Assembly: GCA_965262115.1 (NCBI GenBank)
Contig: OZ253496.1
Coordinates: 1,792,001 to 1,856,000, forward strand
Reading direction: 5' to 3'
DNA from: Nitrospinales bacterium
GTDB taxonomy: Bacteria; Nitrospinota; Nitrospinia; Nitrospinales; VA-1
DNA: 64,000 nt
Shown: positions 38,101 to 49,644 of the stretch, piece by piece
Layout: each line of letters opens with the position of its first letter
Numbering within the stretch: the first letter of the stretch is position 1
Notes under the pieces: generated by a model
What the model was told of the DNA's origin: nothing
The model's database searches: none
The model's input: the letters and a program-made list of their open reading frames with translations, nothing else
Translations under genes and position numbers: made by a program

Positions 38101-38726
38101 GATTCGACCTGTCGCGACAGTTCCTGAACGATATCCGCCACCCGTTCCAAATTCTGCCGCGAGCTGTCGAGCTTGCGGATGGCTTCGTTTTTGCGGTGCT
38201 TGAATTTAAGGATTCCCGCAGCTTCTTCAATCAGAATACGCCTTTCTTCCGGTTTGGAAGTGATGATGTCCTGAATATGGCCCTGCTCAATAATGGTCAG
38301 GACTTTTGGGCTGATCCCCGCATCCAAAAGGAAATCCGTAATATCCTTCAAGCGGCATGGAATCTGGTTGATATAAAATTCGCTTTCGCCGGAACGATGG
38401 TAGCAACGGGTGACTTTGACATCTTCGGCTGTATTGGAAATCCCGGCGATCCGGATTCCCGCTGGTACATTGGATAAGGTCAGGGAGATTTCTGCCCGGT
38501 TCACCGGTTTTCGGCTGCTACTGCCATTGAATATAAGATCCGTGATACGGGTGCTACGCAGGGTTTTGGACCTTTGCTCGCCAATGACCCAGCGAATCGC
38601 GTCGGAGACATTGCTCTTTCCGCAACCGTTAGGGCCGACAATGGCCGTAAAACCGTTTCCAAACTCCAGATTGGTGGAATCGACAAACGATTTGAAACCT
38701 TCTAATTCCAAGTTTTTCAGGTACAT
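35169..38726 (-). CDS. smc: Chromosome segregation protein SMC
   Basis: GFKSF, GPNGCGKSN, long coiled coils with hinge, MSGGEKAM, LLDEVDAPLD, IITH. Confidence 0.98.
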   Translation of the reverse strand: MYLKNLELEGFKSFVDSTNLEFGNGFTAIVGPNGCGKSNVSDAIRWVIGEQRSKTLRSTRITDLIFNGSSSRKPVNRAEISLTLSNVPAGIRIAGISNTAEDVKVTRCYHRSGESEFYINQIPCRLKDITDFLLDAGISPKVLTIIEQGHIQDIITSKPEERRILIEEAAGILKFKHRKNEAIRKLDSSRQNLERVADIVQELSRQVESLKRQAAKAERYKKHKAEVKELSLKLFSIKIRRYQSQLLTIEAELEEQTEKKTEWNARLSTFENQIAQLNVEIEESLSRLNEARETIHQLNSQIGNSEQSIAFKKEQKSEAETDIESATGEISQMEGEISGLTNQIENERQNLSATSQEINEQEIVLDQRKTENEQKRDALQEIQEQVLSGEKNVHNLFQQTAHSKNQMTALDTRIQGLETGQKKLVTEKEEVHRQIQENQSGMEQRESEHQQKTEELARFKEQQETLRQETTSYSQQLQAETDRHSSKKEDYFHKASLLGTLEKLRSQFEGFHEGVKSLMNKQNGERIPGIREVLVDVLQTPAEYEVAIETALGEKLQSVIVNSYSDSLEAIGYLKNHQSGRGLFAPLNPKATPSAPLHMNGTQGIVGKALNFVECQEEYRPVIELLLKSVVIVQDMDVAMEMHQEPEFHGTVVTLNGEMIDANGFVTGGSLENNSSSLLARNREIETLTRSVGSIKEELNASQENIENKKQGLSQLESNLRQLGQQTHTDEIATNNKLRDLEQSRQEAERLGSKNSSIDKEISAIDMEREKLVAEKSSLNQQLESAEQKRIEEEALLTGHREELEQSRSGLEEISSEISRLKVLIASLIGRRENTLTEIKRLELQQQNLKQQIERRESDRVSNQNRITEIEGEISTLESNVLKLSREKDQLTETAAQEEESLRQKEEDQKGMEQDIRELSRKIQEITETLSQIEIKRSENRLQTARLEERAYEDFNATQEELQSAYDETIDESETDEQIKELKEKVAKLGEVNLAALSDFEKTNERYTFLKKQQDDLAESIELLHSTIEKINRTTKQRFLDTFELVNVNFKEIFARLFQGGKANLTLVDETNPIDSGIEITANPLGKSLQSLALMSGGEKAMTAIALMFAVFKVRPSPFCLLDEVDAPLDEANVVRFQEMLKEMAVNTQFIIITHNQKTMSFANALYGITMEEQGVSKAVSVHFN

Positions 38727-39040
38727 ATTTGGTGGGGCTCAGGGGATTATCGGATCTTTTGAGTCATATATTCTGGAAGGAAGATTATCCCAATCCTGAG
38801 ATATTGTAAAGTAAAATTATACCATGTTTGGTATACTTTAAATCATGGCCCACAACATATTGTGCCCGGGCCACGCCCGGGAGTAATGGGCAATAACTCT
38901 TTTTGGTGAACTAAGAGTTGTCTCGGCTTAAAAAGTAATTGCCAATTTACCCCTTTGAGCCGAGAAGGCCTGTTGAGGACAAAATAAAGATATTGCAATT
39001 AGCCCCCGGCGGCTACGCCGGTCGCGGAGGAGGTGTATAG

Positions 39041-39382
39041 ATGAAGTTATATTCTTATAATAAATGTGGAACCTGCCGTAAGGCGATCCGGTTTCTGGAA
39101 GACAGAGAGGTTAAGTTTGAGTTGTTCGATATTACCGAGACGCCGCCGACCAAGCAGATCCTTAAAGCTGCGATGAAAGCCAAGGGAATGAAAAAGTTGT
39201 TCAATACCAGTGGAGTTCAGTATCGCGAGTTGAAGATCAAAGATAAACTGGCGACCATGACCGAAAGCCAGGCGATAGACTTGCTGGCCTCTAACGGAAG
39301 GTTGGTCAAACGCCCGATTGCAGTGGATAAAAATAAAATCACCGTTGGGTTCGACATCGAAGAATACAAAAAGGTTTGGTAG
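39041..39382 (+). CDS. ArsC/Spx/MgsR family protein
   Basis: CGTCRKA, LFNTSGVQYREL, GRLVKRP, VGF. Confidence 0.9.
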   Translation: MKLYSYNKCGTCRKAIRFLEDREVKFELFDITETPPTKQILKAAMKAKGMKKLFNTSGVQYRELKIKDKLATMTESQAIDLLASNGRLVKRPIAVDKNKITVGFDIEEYKKVW

Positions 39383-39388
39383 GGATCG

Positions 39389-39943
39389 ATGGACCTGTTT
39401 TTAATCAAACACAAACTTCAGCGTGATTTCCCTCTGGTGCGGGAAGTGACCCCCGCGCATCCCATGTGGGCCGCGGTGATGGTCATGCTTTATCCTCGAC
39501 ACAATAAGACCCATGTGTTGATGACCAAACGAGCCATGCACCTCAAGTATCATGCGGGGGAAGTGGGTTTCCCCGGCGGGGTATTTGAAGAAGATGAGGA
39601 TGGCGACCTGCTGGCTACGGCTTTAAGAGAAACCGAGGAGGAAGTTGCTATTGAAATTGAACCTGAAAATGTACTAGGCCGACTTCCTTTGGTCAGTACG
39701 CGGTTGGGATTTGAAATCACCCCTTTTGTTTCCGTTATGTCTTCTGCACCCGAATATGAACTTGCAGAGGATGAGGTAGATGAAGTTTTAAAAATTCCTT
39801 TCACATCCTTGCTTGCCACGCAACAACGGGATGTCGGGAGCAAGCCTGATTAACAAGGGGTGATGTACTGGTTTCAGCATCATAGAATCTGGGGTGCGTC
39901 GGCAAAGATTCTCAACCAGATAGGACATCTGGCGATGTATTGA
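39389..39943 (+). pseudogene. CoA pyrophosphatase (NudL-like NUDIX) with internal TAA
   Basis: LMTKRAMHLKYHAGEVGFPGG, ALRETEEEV; TAA at 39851-39853; frame continues to IWGASAKIL. Confidence 0.8.
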
Positions 39944-39968
39944 AATTAGGGAAAGAGAACATCTTTAA

Positions 39969-40136
39969 ATGGAAACTTTAAAAATTCTATTTCTGGCTTC
40001 GCATTGGAGGGTTTCCCTGATCCAGGCGTTCCAAGACGCTAAACTCCAGCAGTCCATTGAGTTGATCTGCGCCGATAGTGATGCACTCGCGCCTTCTTTT
40101 AAAGAAGCTGACCGCTCATTCGTGGTTATTTTATGA
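39969..40136 (+). pseudogene. N-terminal fragment of an ATP-grasp (CarB-like) protein
   Basis: METLKILFLASHWRVSLIQAF..ICADSDALAPSFKEADRSFVV*; 55 aa only. Confidence 0.55.
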
Positions 40137-40855
40137 ATACAATGAATCCGCAAGACCGGTTGATCTTTGCTCTGGATGTTCCAGGAAAAAAGGAGGCAAA
40201 GCGTTACGTCCAATTGCTGGAAGGAGTGGTCGGTTGTTTCAAGATCGGTTTGGAACTGTTTATCAGTGAAGGCCCTGATGTGGTTAAAATGATTCAGGAT
40301 CATTCCGCAGCAAATATTTTTCTTGATCTCAAGTTGCACGATATTCCCGTTACGGTCCGGGGCGCGTTGCGATCCGCCGAGAAATTGGGAGTGCGGTACA
40401 TCACGATCCACTCTACAGAGGGTGAAACGATTCTTGAGACGGCTGAAGAAGTGAAAGGCTCAGGACTGGAAGTTCTGGCGGTGACGGTGCTCACCAGTAC
40501 GAGTGCGTCTTCTCTGGCGAGTCTGGGGATTCGTGAAGATATTAATGCGGCCGTTCTTGTCCTGGATCGCGCGGTGCGGGCGCAAAGTTCCGGATGTGCC
40601 GGGGTTGTTTGTTCGGGAGAGGAAGCAAGTCTGGTCAAACAAAAATGTGGTGAAGGATTCAAAATTGTCGTTCCGGGAATCCGTCCGCAGTGGGCTGAGG
40701 TTTCGGGTGACGACCAGAACCGCATTGCAACTCCCTCCCAGGCGATAGAGGATGGGGCGGATATGATTGTGGTCGGCAGGCCTATTCGCGATGCCCAAGA
40801 CCCAAGAGAAGCGGCGCAAAAAATCATTGAGGAAATACGATCAACTCCACGTTAA
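40133..40855 (+). CDS. pyrF: Orotidine-5'-phosphate decarboxylase
   Basis: LIFALDV, FKIGLELF, FLDLKLHDIPVTV, VTVLTS, VPGIRP, DDQNRIATP, VVGRPI. Confidence 0.97.
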   Translation: MNTMNPQDRLIFALDVPGKKEAKRYVQLLEGVVGCFKIGLELFISEGPDVVKMIQDHSAANIFLDLKLHDIPVTVRGALRSAEKLGVRYITIHSTEGETILETAEEVKGSGLEVLAVTVLTSTSASSLASLGIREDINAAVLVLDRAVRAQSSGCAGVVCSGEEASLVKQKCGEGFKIVVPGIRPQWAEVSGDDQNRIATPSQAIEDGADMIVVGRPIRDAQDPREAAQKIIEEIRSTPR

Positions 40856-40929
40856 TAAATTTTATTTACCTGTCAAGTCTTGTTTGCTGGATAGGCAGCA
40901 TTATCTTTTTCTCTTTTTTTGTCGCTCCT

Positions 40930-41160
40930 GTGGTCTTTAAAACCCTTGAGCGGGAAAAAGCCACACAATGCGCGGTGGTGATCAACACCTCTTTCAATGT
41001 TCGCGGCGAACCCATTGTCTGCACACCGGAACAGGCCTACCGCTGTTTCATGCGCACGGAAATGGACACGCCCGTCCTGGAAAATTTTGTGCTCGATAAA
41101 AAAGACCAGCAACCTCTCGAAGCGGACAGCAACTGGCAGGAAGAATTCGAACTCGACTAG
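40930..41160 (+). pseudogene. Carbamoyltransferase (NodU/CmcH) C-terminal fragment
   Basis: VINTSFNVRGEPIVCTPEQAYRCFMRTEMD. Confidence 0.8.
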
Positions 41161-41220
41161 TGGCCCCCGCCCACTGGCAATGAGTAGTATCCCGTTAGGC
41201 CGCGAGACGGATTGTTGCAT

Positions 41221-41258
41221 GTGATATCGCTTCATTTGCTTCATGCCCCGCAGGGGTA
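41221..41258 (-). repeat. R38 element
   Basis: GTGATATCGCTTCATTTGCTTCATGCCCCGCAGGGGTA. Confidence 0.85.
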
Positions 41259-41259
41259 A

Positions 41260-42426
41260 AATAAAGACATCGCAAGTTATCGGTGGAGGTATTTTATCCA
41301 ATCCTTTTTCTTAAAAACCCGGTTTCTGGTTATCGTTCTGGCTATGCTGGCCGTGTACAGTTATGGATGGAAGGTGACGGAAATTGAGGTGGGGTAACTG
41401 TTCCGCGACTTCCATCTTGTCAAACCGCTTGCCAAAGAACTTGCTAACCCCGACCTGTTTACCCGCGAGAAAAAATCACAAACTGTTGAAAAAGAATTTT
41501 TCCTATCGCAAAACCAACGCGGAAATATTCCCCAGGATATTGAAGGTGCAAATCCTAAGCTGGTGTTATCCAGTCAGTCGGGCGAAATTTCCGATACCCT
41601 GACGGTTCGTGGTTTTAACCTGAAACCGCAGCAGTCGGGCATTCTCTATTGGGTCAATGCCATCGAGCAGGAGTTCCCGCTGAGAATGTTTACCACCGAT
41701 GTGTCCGGCGCGTTCCAGAAAGAGATCATCGTGCCGCCCAGCGCGCGCGGTCTGCGCCAGACCGTGAAGGCCGTGTTGAGTTGGGACGAGGGCGGTTGGC
41801 AGGTCAGCGAGACTTTGAGCCTGACCATTGAGAAGATGGTGGAAACAGTTTTTCTGGCGTTGATGGCGACTACTTTCGGCGTGCTGGTGGCACTACCTTT
41901 AAGTTTTCTCGGTGCCCGCAATCTTATGACCCGGAACCGGATGGGTACCTTTGTCTATTATGGTGTGCGAACCGGTTTGAATGTTTTGCGATCCATCGAG
42001 CCGTTGATCATGGCGATCCTGTTTGTGGTCTGGGTGGGCATTGGTCCTTTTGCCGGGGTGCTGGCATTGGGGCTGCATTCTGTCGCGGCTTTGGGGAAAT
42101 TGTTTTCGGAACAGATCGAGTGCATTGATTCCGGGCCGGTGGAGGCGATCACCGCTGTGGGTGCCAGACCGTTGCAGGTGGTTTTTTTTGGTGTTCTGCC
42201 GCAGGTGATTCTTCCATTTCTGGCGCTCAGTTTTTATCGCTGGGATATTAATGTGCGTATGTCGACCATCATAGGGTTCGTCGGGGGAGGGGGGATTGGG
42301 TTTTTGCTGCAGCAATGGATCAATCTTCTCAAATACAACGAAGCGGGGACGGCGTTACTCGCCATCGCCATTGTGGTGATTACGCTCGATACCCTGAGCG
42401 CAAAAATCCGCGCCCACGTTAAATAG
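41260..42426 (+). pseudogene. phnE: Phosphonate ABC permease PhnE-like, 5'-truncated, internal TAA
   Basis: ETVFLAL, LRSIEPLIMAILF, GKLFSEQIE, RWDINVRMSTIIGFVGGGGIG; upstream in-frame YSYGWKVTEIEVG*LFRD (TAA 41395-41397); no phnC/phnD nearby. Confidence 0.75.
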
Positions 42427-42458
42427 ATGAATATGGCCCCCTCTTTTTCAAAGTACCC

Positions 42459-43638
<1,180 letters not shown>

Positions 43639-43844
43639 GCGGGGCATGAAGGCTAATGTTGGGGACACCACAAACACCGATGGACAGAGACAAAAGATTC
43701 CCTCCCTTCATATGGAGGGACTTAGGGAGGGTTGGATTGACCGCCCGGAGTTTTGTCATCGCGAATCGCGAAGCGGCGTGGCGACCCAGGTTCTTTCATT
43801 GGGAATTGAATTAATATTGCAAGGCTGGATTGCCGCGCTCCTTT

Positions 43845-43882
43845 TACCCCTTTGGGGCATGAAGGCAAATGAAGAATTTCAC
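43845..43882 (+). repeat. R38 element inside a family-C hairpin
   Basis: TACCCCTTTGGGGCATGAAGGCAAATGAAGAATTTCAC. Confidence 0.85.
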
Positions 43883-43932
43883 ACAGTCGCTCGCGATGAC
43901 AGGAGCAGGGGTTGCTAAACCATTTTCCTGAC

Positions 43933-43968
43933 TTCCCTTCGGGGCATGAAAGCTTTGAAGAATATCAC
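43933..43968 (+). repeat. R38 element
   Basis: TTCCCTTCGGGGCATGAAAGCTTTGAAGAATATCAC. Confidence 0.8.
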
Positions 43969-44108
43969 AACTACTGGCCCCACGCTTAGTGGGCGGAGAA
44001 CCTTCGCAGATAACAGGTCACAACTTCCAGAGTAAATCCCGTCATACTCTCAATAATCGCCCCCAACCACTCGTCGATCGTGCTGGCTGAATCTGAGTCT
44101 ATCTGTGT

Positions 44109-45119
44109 CTAATCCCTGTAAGCGACTCCATGGGTTTCACCATCGGTATCGACTTTCATCGTGAGGCTGAGGTCACTGGCGGAGACGATGGCCAGTTTAT
44201 TTTCATCGCGAATGGCGACGTAGACCGTTTTCCCATCTGAGCTAATGGCTATCATATCCGGACGTTGGCCCAGTGCCGTGGTTTTTGTGATCTTGCGACT
44301 GGCTGTGTCGATCATGGCAATCTGGCCCAGTTTTCGTTGCCCAACGTAGACGGTTTTCCCGTCCGGACTGTGGACCAGCCCATGCGGTTCCCCCGGCACA
44401 TCAATGGAAGCTTCTAACGCGCCAGTGCGTGAGTTCAACAATAATAATTTATTATCTGCCGGAGCGGTGAGCCAGAACTGACCCCAGTTTTTAGTCGGTT
44501 TTATGGCCATAGCACCTTTGGCACCTTGCCGGGTTCCGGTGACTTTTTTGGATTTCACATCTACCACCGAAATATTCCCCGCCCCAGCGTTGACCACATA
44601 CAACGTGTTTCCATCGGGAGAAAATACAGCAGTGATGGCTTTCTTATCCGTCGCCATGGTGTGAACGGCTTTCTTTGAGGCGACATCGATGAAGGTGATG
44701 TTGCCCGCCCCCACGTTGCAGGAGACAGCAGTCTTACCATCGGGGGAAACAGCGACATCGTGGGCTTTGGTGTCTGTCACGATATCGGCCAAAATCTCTT
44801 TCAACACTGCGTCTATCACAGTGATGCTGTTGGTACCCAGGTTAGCGATGTAGGCCAGCTTGCCATCCGGGCTGAAGGTAACATTGTGTGCCCCGGCACC
44901 TGTGGCTATGGTCTTGACGACTTTGTTGGAACTGGTATCTATGATCTGAACATTAGCGCCTTTCATATTGGCGACCCACACTTCACCCGCCATTCCCGGC
45001 ATCGCCACCGAAAGGAACAGAACCGTAAAAATGGCAACCCCTAACCACGACTGCCGTCTTTGCTGAAACTTACTTTTTAATTTCCTGCCACTAGAATGGA
45101 TCTTTTTATCTCCGCACAT
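44109..45119 (-). CDS. YVTN/YncE-type beta-propeller protein, secreted
   Basis: Signal-like hydrophobic stretch; repeated SPDGK.(A/V)Y(I/V)..N...I.VID blades. Confidence 0.85.
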   Translation of the reverse strand: MCGDKKIHSSGRKLKSKFQQRRQSWLGVAIFTVLFLSVAMPGMAGEVWVANMKGANVQIIDTSSNKVVKTIATGAGAHNVTFSPDGKLAYIANLGTNSITVIDAVLKEILADIVTDTKAHDVAVSPDGKTAVSCNVGAGNITFIDVASKKAVHTMATDKKAITAVFSPDGNTLYVVNAGAGNISVVDVKSKKVTGTRQGAKGAMAIKPTKNWGQFWLTAPADNKLLLLNSRTGALEASIDVPGEPHGLVHSPDGKTVYVGQRKLGQIAMIDTASRKITKTTALGQRPDMIAISSDGKTVYVAIRDENKLAIVSASDLSLTMKVDTDGETHGVAYRD

Positions 45120-45376
45120 ATTTGCCTCCAGAGAAAATAGATGGTGGATGAATTGCGTATCGTTTCTGTTGCGCTTAAAACTGTATTGAACACCTTTATA
45201 GTTAGAGTTGCAAGGCAAGAAATAGGATTCAAACTCTCTGATAAAGATAGAGGGGTAAAAGCGTACCCTTATTGAATTTATTGGGGGAAAAGGTTCTTCA
45301 TGCGCTCAAACCGTGTGGGTGGCTTGACGGGCAATTACCCACTACCACAGCCACTTGGCTGCCTGCGGCTCACCGG

Positions 45377-46069
45377 TTAGTGCGTGTTCAGATTCTGGCC
45401 GTCTCTTAATTTGTTGAGGACAGCGGTCATATGGTCGTAACCCATCTGATTTTCGAGGGCGGAGAAGGTCTCGCGGGCGCGGGTATACCAAAGGATGGCT
45501 TCGGGAATATTTTCTTCTTTCTTCCAGTAGATGCGCCCCATATTCTCGAACAGGACTGCCTGAATCTGATGCGGAGGAACATCTTGCACCAGTTCCACGC
45601 CTTTTTTATACCAGTCCCCGGCTGGAGCATGCTCGCCACGCTCCATGAACAAGTCACCAGCACGGTTCATGGCCCGGGCCTCACCCAATGGATTATTGAT
45701 TTTATGGTGGTAGTTCATGGCGAGGATGTATTGCACCTCGGCTTCCTGAATTCTTGTGCGAAACTTATACAGATCGCCTAAAGACTCATAAATCTTCGCG
45801 GCTTTTTTCAGTTGGTTTTCTTTTTCATAGGCGGTGATGGCCTTGCCATAGTTCTCGATGGCGTGGTCAAACTCGTGGTAGAAAAAATTTTCCGATGCCT
45901 GTTGCAGGTATCGCCCGGCCTCGTCTTTGGCATCTATCGGGGTGGTGATGGACACGGACTCATCTCTTTGCTTTTTCCCGTGCGGCAGGAGCCAAACAGC
46001 AAACCCCATCGTCAACGTCACCACAACAATGAGGAAATATTTCAGCGCTGGTTTGAGGAAAGATTCCAT
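45377..46069 (-). CDS. Membrane-anchored TPR protein
   Basis: N-terminal TM; AKIYESLGDLY, ARAMNRAGDLF, LFENMGRIY repeats. Confidence 0.8.
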   Translation of the reverse strand: MESFLKPALKYFLIVVVTLTMGFAVWLLPHGKKQRDESVSITTPIDAKDEAGRYLQQASENFFYHEFDHAIENYGKAITAYEKENQLKKAAKIYESLGDLYKFRTRIQEAEVQYILAMNYHHKINNPLGEARAMNRAGDLFMERGEHAPAGDWYKKGVELVQDVPPHQIQAVLFENMGRIYWKKEENIPEAILWYTRARETFSALENQMGYDHMTAVLNKLRDGQNLNTH

Positions 46070-46168
46070 TAAAGATACCTGATGAATGGGGAAGCAAGTT
46101 TCATCAGGTTAACATGAAATAGGGCTAGATTGACCCGGGAAGAATATCAGGCCTGCGAGGGTCCCCTG

Positions 46169-46527
46169 CTAATTCCCTGCTATGGGTTGCAGCAGAACTT
46201 CATGAATTTTTTGGTCAAAGGTTTCGGCGTCGAACGGCTTGACCAGATAATGACAAATACCCAGTTTCGACGCGTCCTCCATTTTTTCTTTACAATCTTC
46301 CATAGTAATCATGATGAAAGGAATGTCTTTCAGGTCTGGGTCGGTCTGCATTCCACAAAATAATTCCAGTCCGTTCAAATTAGGCATGTACCGGTCAGAA
46401 ATAATCAGTTGCATTTTGGCTGAACGCAATGTGGCCAGAGCTTGCTCACCGTCCTCAGCCTCAAAAATATTTTTGACCTCTAACCGCCCTAAATGATGCC
46501 GGATGATCCTCCTCGCAAAGGAAAATA
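46169..46527 (-). pseudogene. CheY-like response regulator, N-terminus missing
   Basis: FARRIIRHHL..IFEAEDGEQAL..LIISDRYMPNLNGLEL..YLVKPF; no upstream ILVVDD or start. Confidence 0.7.
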
Positions 46528-46807
46528 TTGGTAACGCGATATTTCCAGGGGGCTAACTGATGATTTGTTAGTGTTTTACATACATTTTTTTATTGTTTTT
46601 TTGGACTACTTTTGAGGTTTATTTTGACTATTGGAGATTGCACCGGTTGAGTATAGAATACATCCGCCTTTCATCCGGAGTGTTGTTCCGCGCTTTGTTT
46701 GGAAACCTCCAGCTTGTTTGGAGGTCATCGCAACCGAAAACAATCGACTCGCTTTCCTGAAAAATGTCCTGTCCCGAGACAAACTTCATCAGAGGGGAAT
46801 TAAATTC

Positions 46808-49339
46808 GTGTTGAGTTTATTTGCCAACGTCTATAAGAAATGGGTGATCGAAAAACCCCTCGCCAGCCTGATATTGGTTTTGCTGGTGGTGGGTTATTTT
46901 TCTTATCATATCCCAAACTTCAAGCTCGATGCCTCCGCTGAATCCCTGGTTCTGGAAAACGATGACTCCCTGCAATATTACCGGACGATCAGCAAATCTT
47001 ATGGTTCTGATGATTTCCTAATCATCACTTACGCACCTTTCAAGGATTTGATGTCCGATGCAGTGCTGGCAGATTTAAAATCGATGAGCGATGAGCTTGC
47101 CAAACTGGACCGGGTTCACTCTACAGACAACATCCTCAATGTTCCCCTGCTGAACAGCCCACGTGTTGAAATATCCAAACTGGCTACCGATATCCGCACT
47201 TTGGAAACTGCCGGTGTAGACCGGGAAATGGCCCGCAAAGAATTTCTGGAAAGTCCCATTTACAAAAACCTATTATTAAGTCCGGATGGGAAGGTCACGA
47301 TTATCCGTGTCAATTTCGAACGCGACGAAAAATACTTTTCCCTGATGTATCGGCGCAATGACCTACGCGACAAAAAAAAGGAGTCTGGCCTCGACAAGGA
47401 AGAAGAGGCCTTATACATCAAAACCCGTCAAGAGTTCCGCGATTATCACGCCCAGGTGCTGGACAGTGAAGACCGGCTCATAAGATCCGTTCGGGACATC
47501 ATGGACCGGCACCGCGATCAGGCAGAGATGTTTCTTGGCGGGATCCCTATGATCACTACGGATATGATCGGCTTCATCGAACACGACCTGAAAACTTTCG
47601 GTCTGGGTGTCATAGCCTTCCTTATCCTGATGCTCAGCCTGTTTTTTAAGAAAAAACGATGGGTTGTATTGCCTATGAGTTGTTGCCTCATAGCCATCTT
47701 GGTGATGGTAGGCTTTTTGGGATTAATGGATTGGAGGGTCACGGTGATTTCTTCTAATTTCATTTCTATTCTGCTTATCATCACCATGTCCCTGACCGTA
47801 CACTTGATCGTGAGGTATCAGGGTTTAAACGATAACAACCCGGGCCAAAGCCAGAAAGAGCTGGTATGGCAGACGGTTCGTCTCATGGTTCAGCCCTGTT
47901 TTTATACTGCCATCACAACCATCGTCGCTTTTTGTTCCCTCCTGGTGAGCGGCATTCGCCCGGTGATCGATTTCGGCTGGATCATGACCAGCGGAATTTC
48001 ACTGGCCTTTATCTTAATTTTTATATTTTTTCCGGCGGCGCTGGTTTTATTGCCTCCTGAGCCTCCCGGGTCCGGCAAGGACAGAACAAAAAGTTTCACT
48101 CTGTCTATTGCGGCATTTTCAAATCGCAACCGCAATGCAATTCTTTTTGGATCGTTGTTACTGGCAATGGTTAGCGCTATCGGGATTTCCAAACTGGAAG
48201 TGGAAAACCGTTTCATCGACCATTTTAAAAGCAACACCGAAATCTATCGGGGAATGGAAGTGATCGACCAGCAGTTGGGAGGCACCACGCCGCTCGACAT
48301 TGTTATGAATCCAGACCAGAAGTATTTTGATTATCTCAAAGAAGCCAATGAGAAGAATAGAGAGGAAGAAGACATTTTTGATGGTGATCCTTTCGCCGAA
48401 GCATCGGAGGAAGTGGAAAACAATTATTGGTTCAACTCCAATATGCTCGACCGGGTAGAAAAAATTCATGACTACCTGGAAAGCCTGCCGGAGGTGGGCA
48501 AAGTCCAATCCATATCCACTCTGGTCAAAGTCTTCACGCAACTGGACAAGGGCAGGAAGCCAGACGATTATGATCTGGCGCTGATCCGCAAACTCATGCC
48601 TGATAATGTTAAGGATTCTCTGGTCAACCCTTACCTGTCTCCAGATGCAAACCAGATTCATATCAATATGAGGTTGATCGAATCTGACCCCACCCTGAGA
48701 CGTTCTCAACTGATAGAAAAAATCCGCACCCATCTTGTTGAAGAATTAAAGTTCGATCCCAAGACCATCCATTTCACAGGGATGGTGGTGCTTTATAACA
48801 ATATGCTGCAGAGCCTGTATCGGTCACAGATACTCACCATCGGCGTGGTTTTTTTCGCCATCATGTTCATGTTCATGATTTTGTTCAGAAGTGTGTCATT
48901 GGCGTTGATCGGCATCGTTCCCAACCTTCTTGCCGCAGGAACGGTATTGAGCCTCATGGGCTGGCTGGGCATTCCCCTGGACATGATGACAATTACTATC
49001 GCGGCCATCACGTTAGGAATAGCAGTAGACAATACCATTCATTACATCCACCGGTTTCAAAGGGAATTTAAGGTTGACCAGAATTATCTGGCCGCGATGG
49101 ACCGGTGCCACGGCAGCATCGGCAAAGCCATGTACTACACCTCCGTGACCATTACCCTTGGTTTTTCTATCCTGGCGCTTTCGGAGTTCATGCCCACCAT
49201 CTATTTCGGCCTGCTGACCGGCACAGCGATGGTGGTGGCCCTGATCGGCGCTCTCACCCTGCTGCCACTTTTGATTGTTGTCTTCCGCCCCCTCGGCTCC
49301 TCGGCGGGAGGGCCAATGAGCATGGGCTCGTTTGTTTAG
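46808..49339 (+). CDS. MMPL/RND family transporter
   Basis: Two TM halves, LGGIPMITTDM, GIRPVIDFG, GGTTPLDIV, GIAVDNTIHY; GTG start after AGAGGGG. Confidence 0.9.
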   Translation: MLSLFANVYKKWVIEKPLASLILVLLVVGYFSYHIPNFKLDASAESLVLENDDSLQYYRTISKSYGSDDFLIITYAPFKDLMSDAVLADLKSMSDELAKLDRVHSTDNILNVPLLNSPRVEISKLATDIRTLETAGVDREMARKEFLESPIYKNLLLSPDGKVTIIRVNFERDEKYFSLMYRRNDLRDKKKESGLDKEEEALYIKTRQEFRDYHAQVLDSEDRLIRSVRDIMDRHRDQAEMFLGGIPMITTDMIGFIEHDLKTFGLGVIAFLILMLSLFFKKKRWVVLPMSCCLIAILVMVGFLGLMDWRVTVISSNFISILLIITMSLTVHLIVRYQGLNDNNPGQSQKELVWQTVRLMVQPCFYTAITTIVAFCSLLVSGIRPVIDFGWIMTSGISLAFILIFIFFPAALVLLPPEPPGSGKDRTKSFTLSIAAFSNRNRNAILFGSLLLAMVSAIGISKLEVENRFIDHFKSNTEIYRGMEVIDQQLGGTTPLDIVMNPDQKYFDYLKEANEKNREEEDIFDGDPFAEASEEVENNYWFNSNMLDRVEKIHDYLESLPEVGKVQSISTLVKVFTQLDKGRKPDDYDLALIRKLMPDNVKDSLVNPYLSPDANQIHINMRLIESDPTLRRSQLIEKIRTHLVEELKFDPKTIHFTGMVVLYNNMLQSLYRSQILTIGVVFFAIMFMFMILFRSVSLALIGIVPNLLAAGTVLSLMGWLGIPLDMMTITIAAITLGIAVDNTIHYIHRFQREFKVDQNYLAAMDRCHGSIGKAMYYTSVTITLGFSILALSEFMPTIYFGLLTGTAMVVALIGALTLLPLLIVVFRPLGSSAGGPMSMGSFV

Positions 49340-49398
49340 ACGAGATGACTTTTCTCTAGCTAAACAAAGTTATTGCCAGCTACCCCCACGGTTAGTGG
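49305..49398. repeat. Family-B element overlapping the RND gene 3' end
   Basis: GGGCCAATGAGCAT...GACGAGATGAC...GTTATTGCCAGCTACCCCCACGGTTAGTGG. Confidence 0.6.
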
Positions 49399-49442
49399 CC
49401 GGGCGACGCCCGGTGGAAATTAGCAACCGCTAGGCGTGGGGG

Positions 49443-49480
49443 CTGATCCCCCTCCAAAAACTTCATGCCTCGGAGGGGTA
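49443..49480 (-). repeat. R38 element, degenerate
   Basis: ...CTTCATGCCTCGGAGGGGTA. Confidence 0.65.
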
Positions 49481-49644
49481 CTTCGTAAAAGGGGGATTCA
49501 TGGACCCCTCTTTTTTAAAGACTCAAGCCCGATAGTGTGAGGGCTTGATGGCTGGGGTGATTTACAACCTCTCATGCAATATGTGGGCTTGCAGAACGCT
49601 ACATCAGTAGTTGGAAGGGGATCATCCTCAGCTGGGTACTATGT

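Noticed and set aside
30546..40855. Genome-wide TAA reassignment to an amino acid
   Set aside because: nadE, pyrF and mreB end at TAA at the expected C-termini; long core genes contain no internal TAA.
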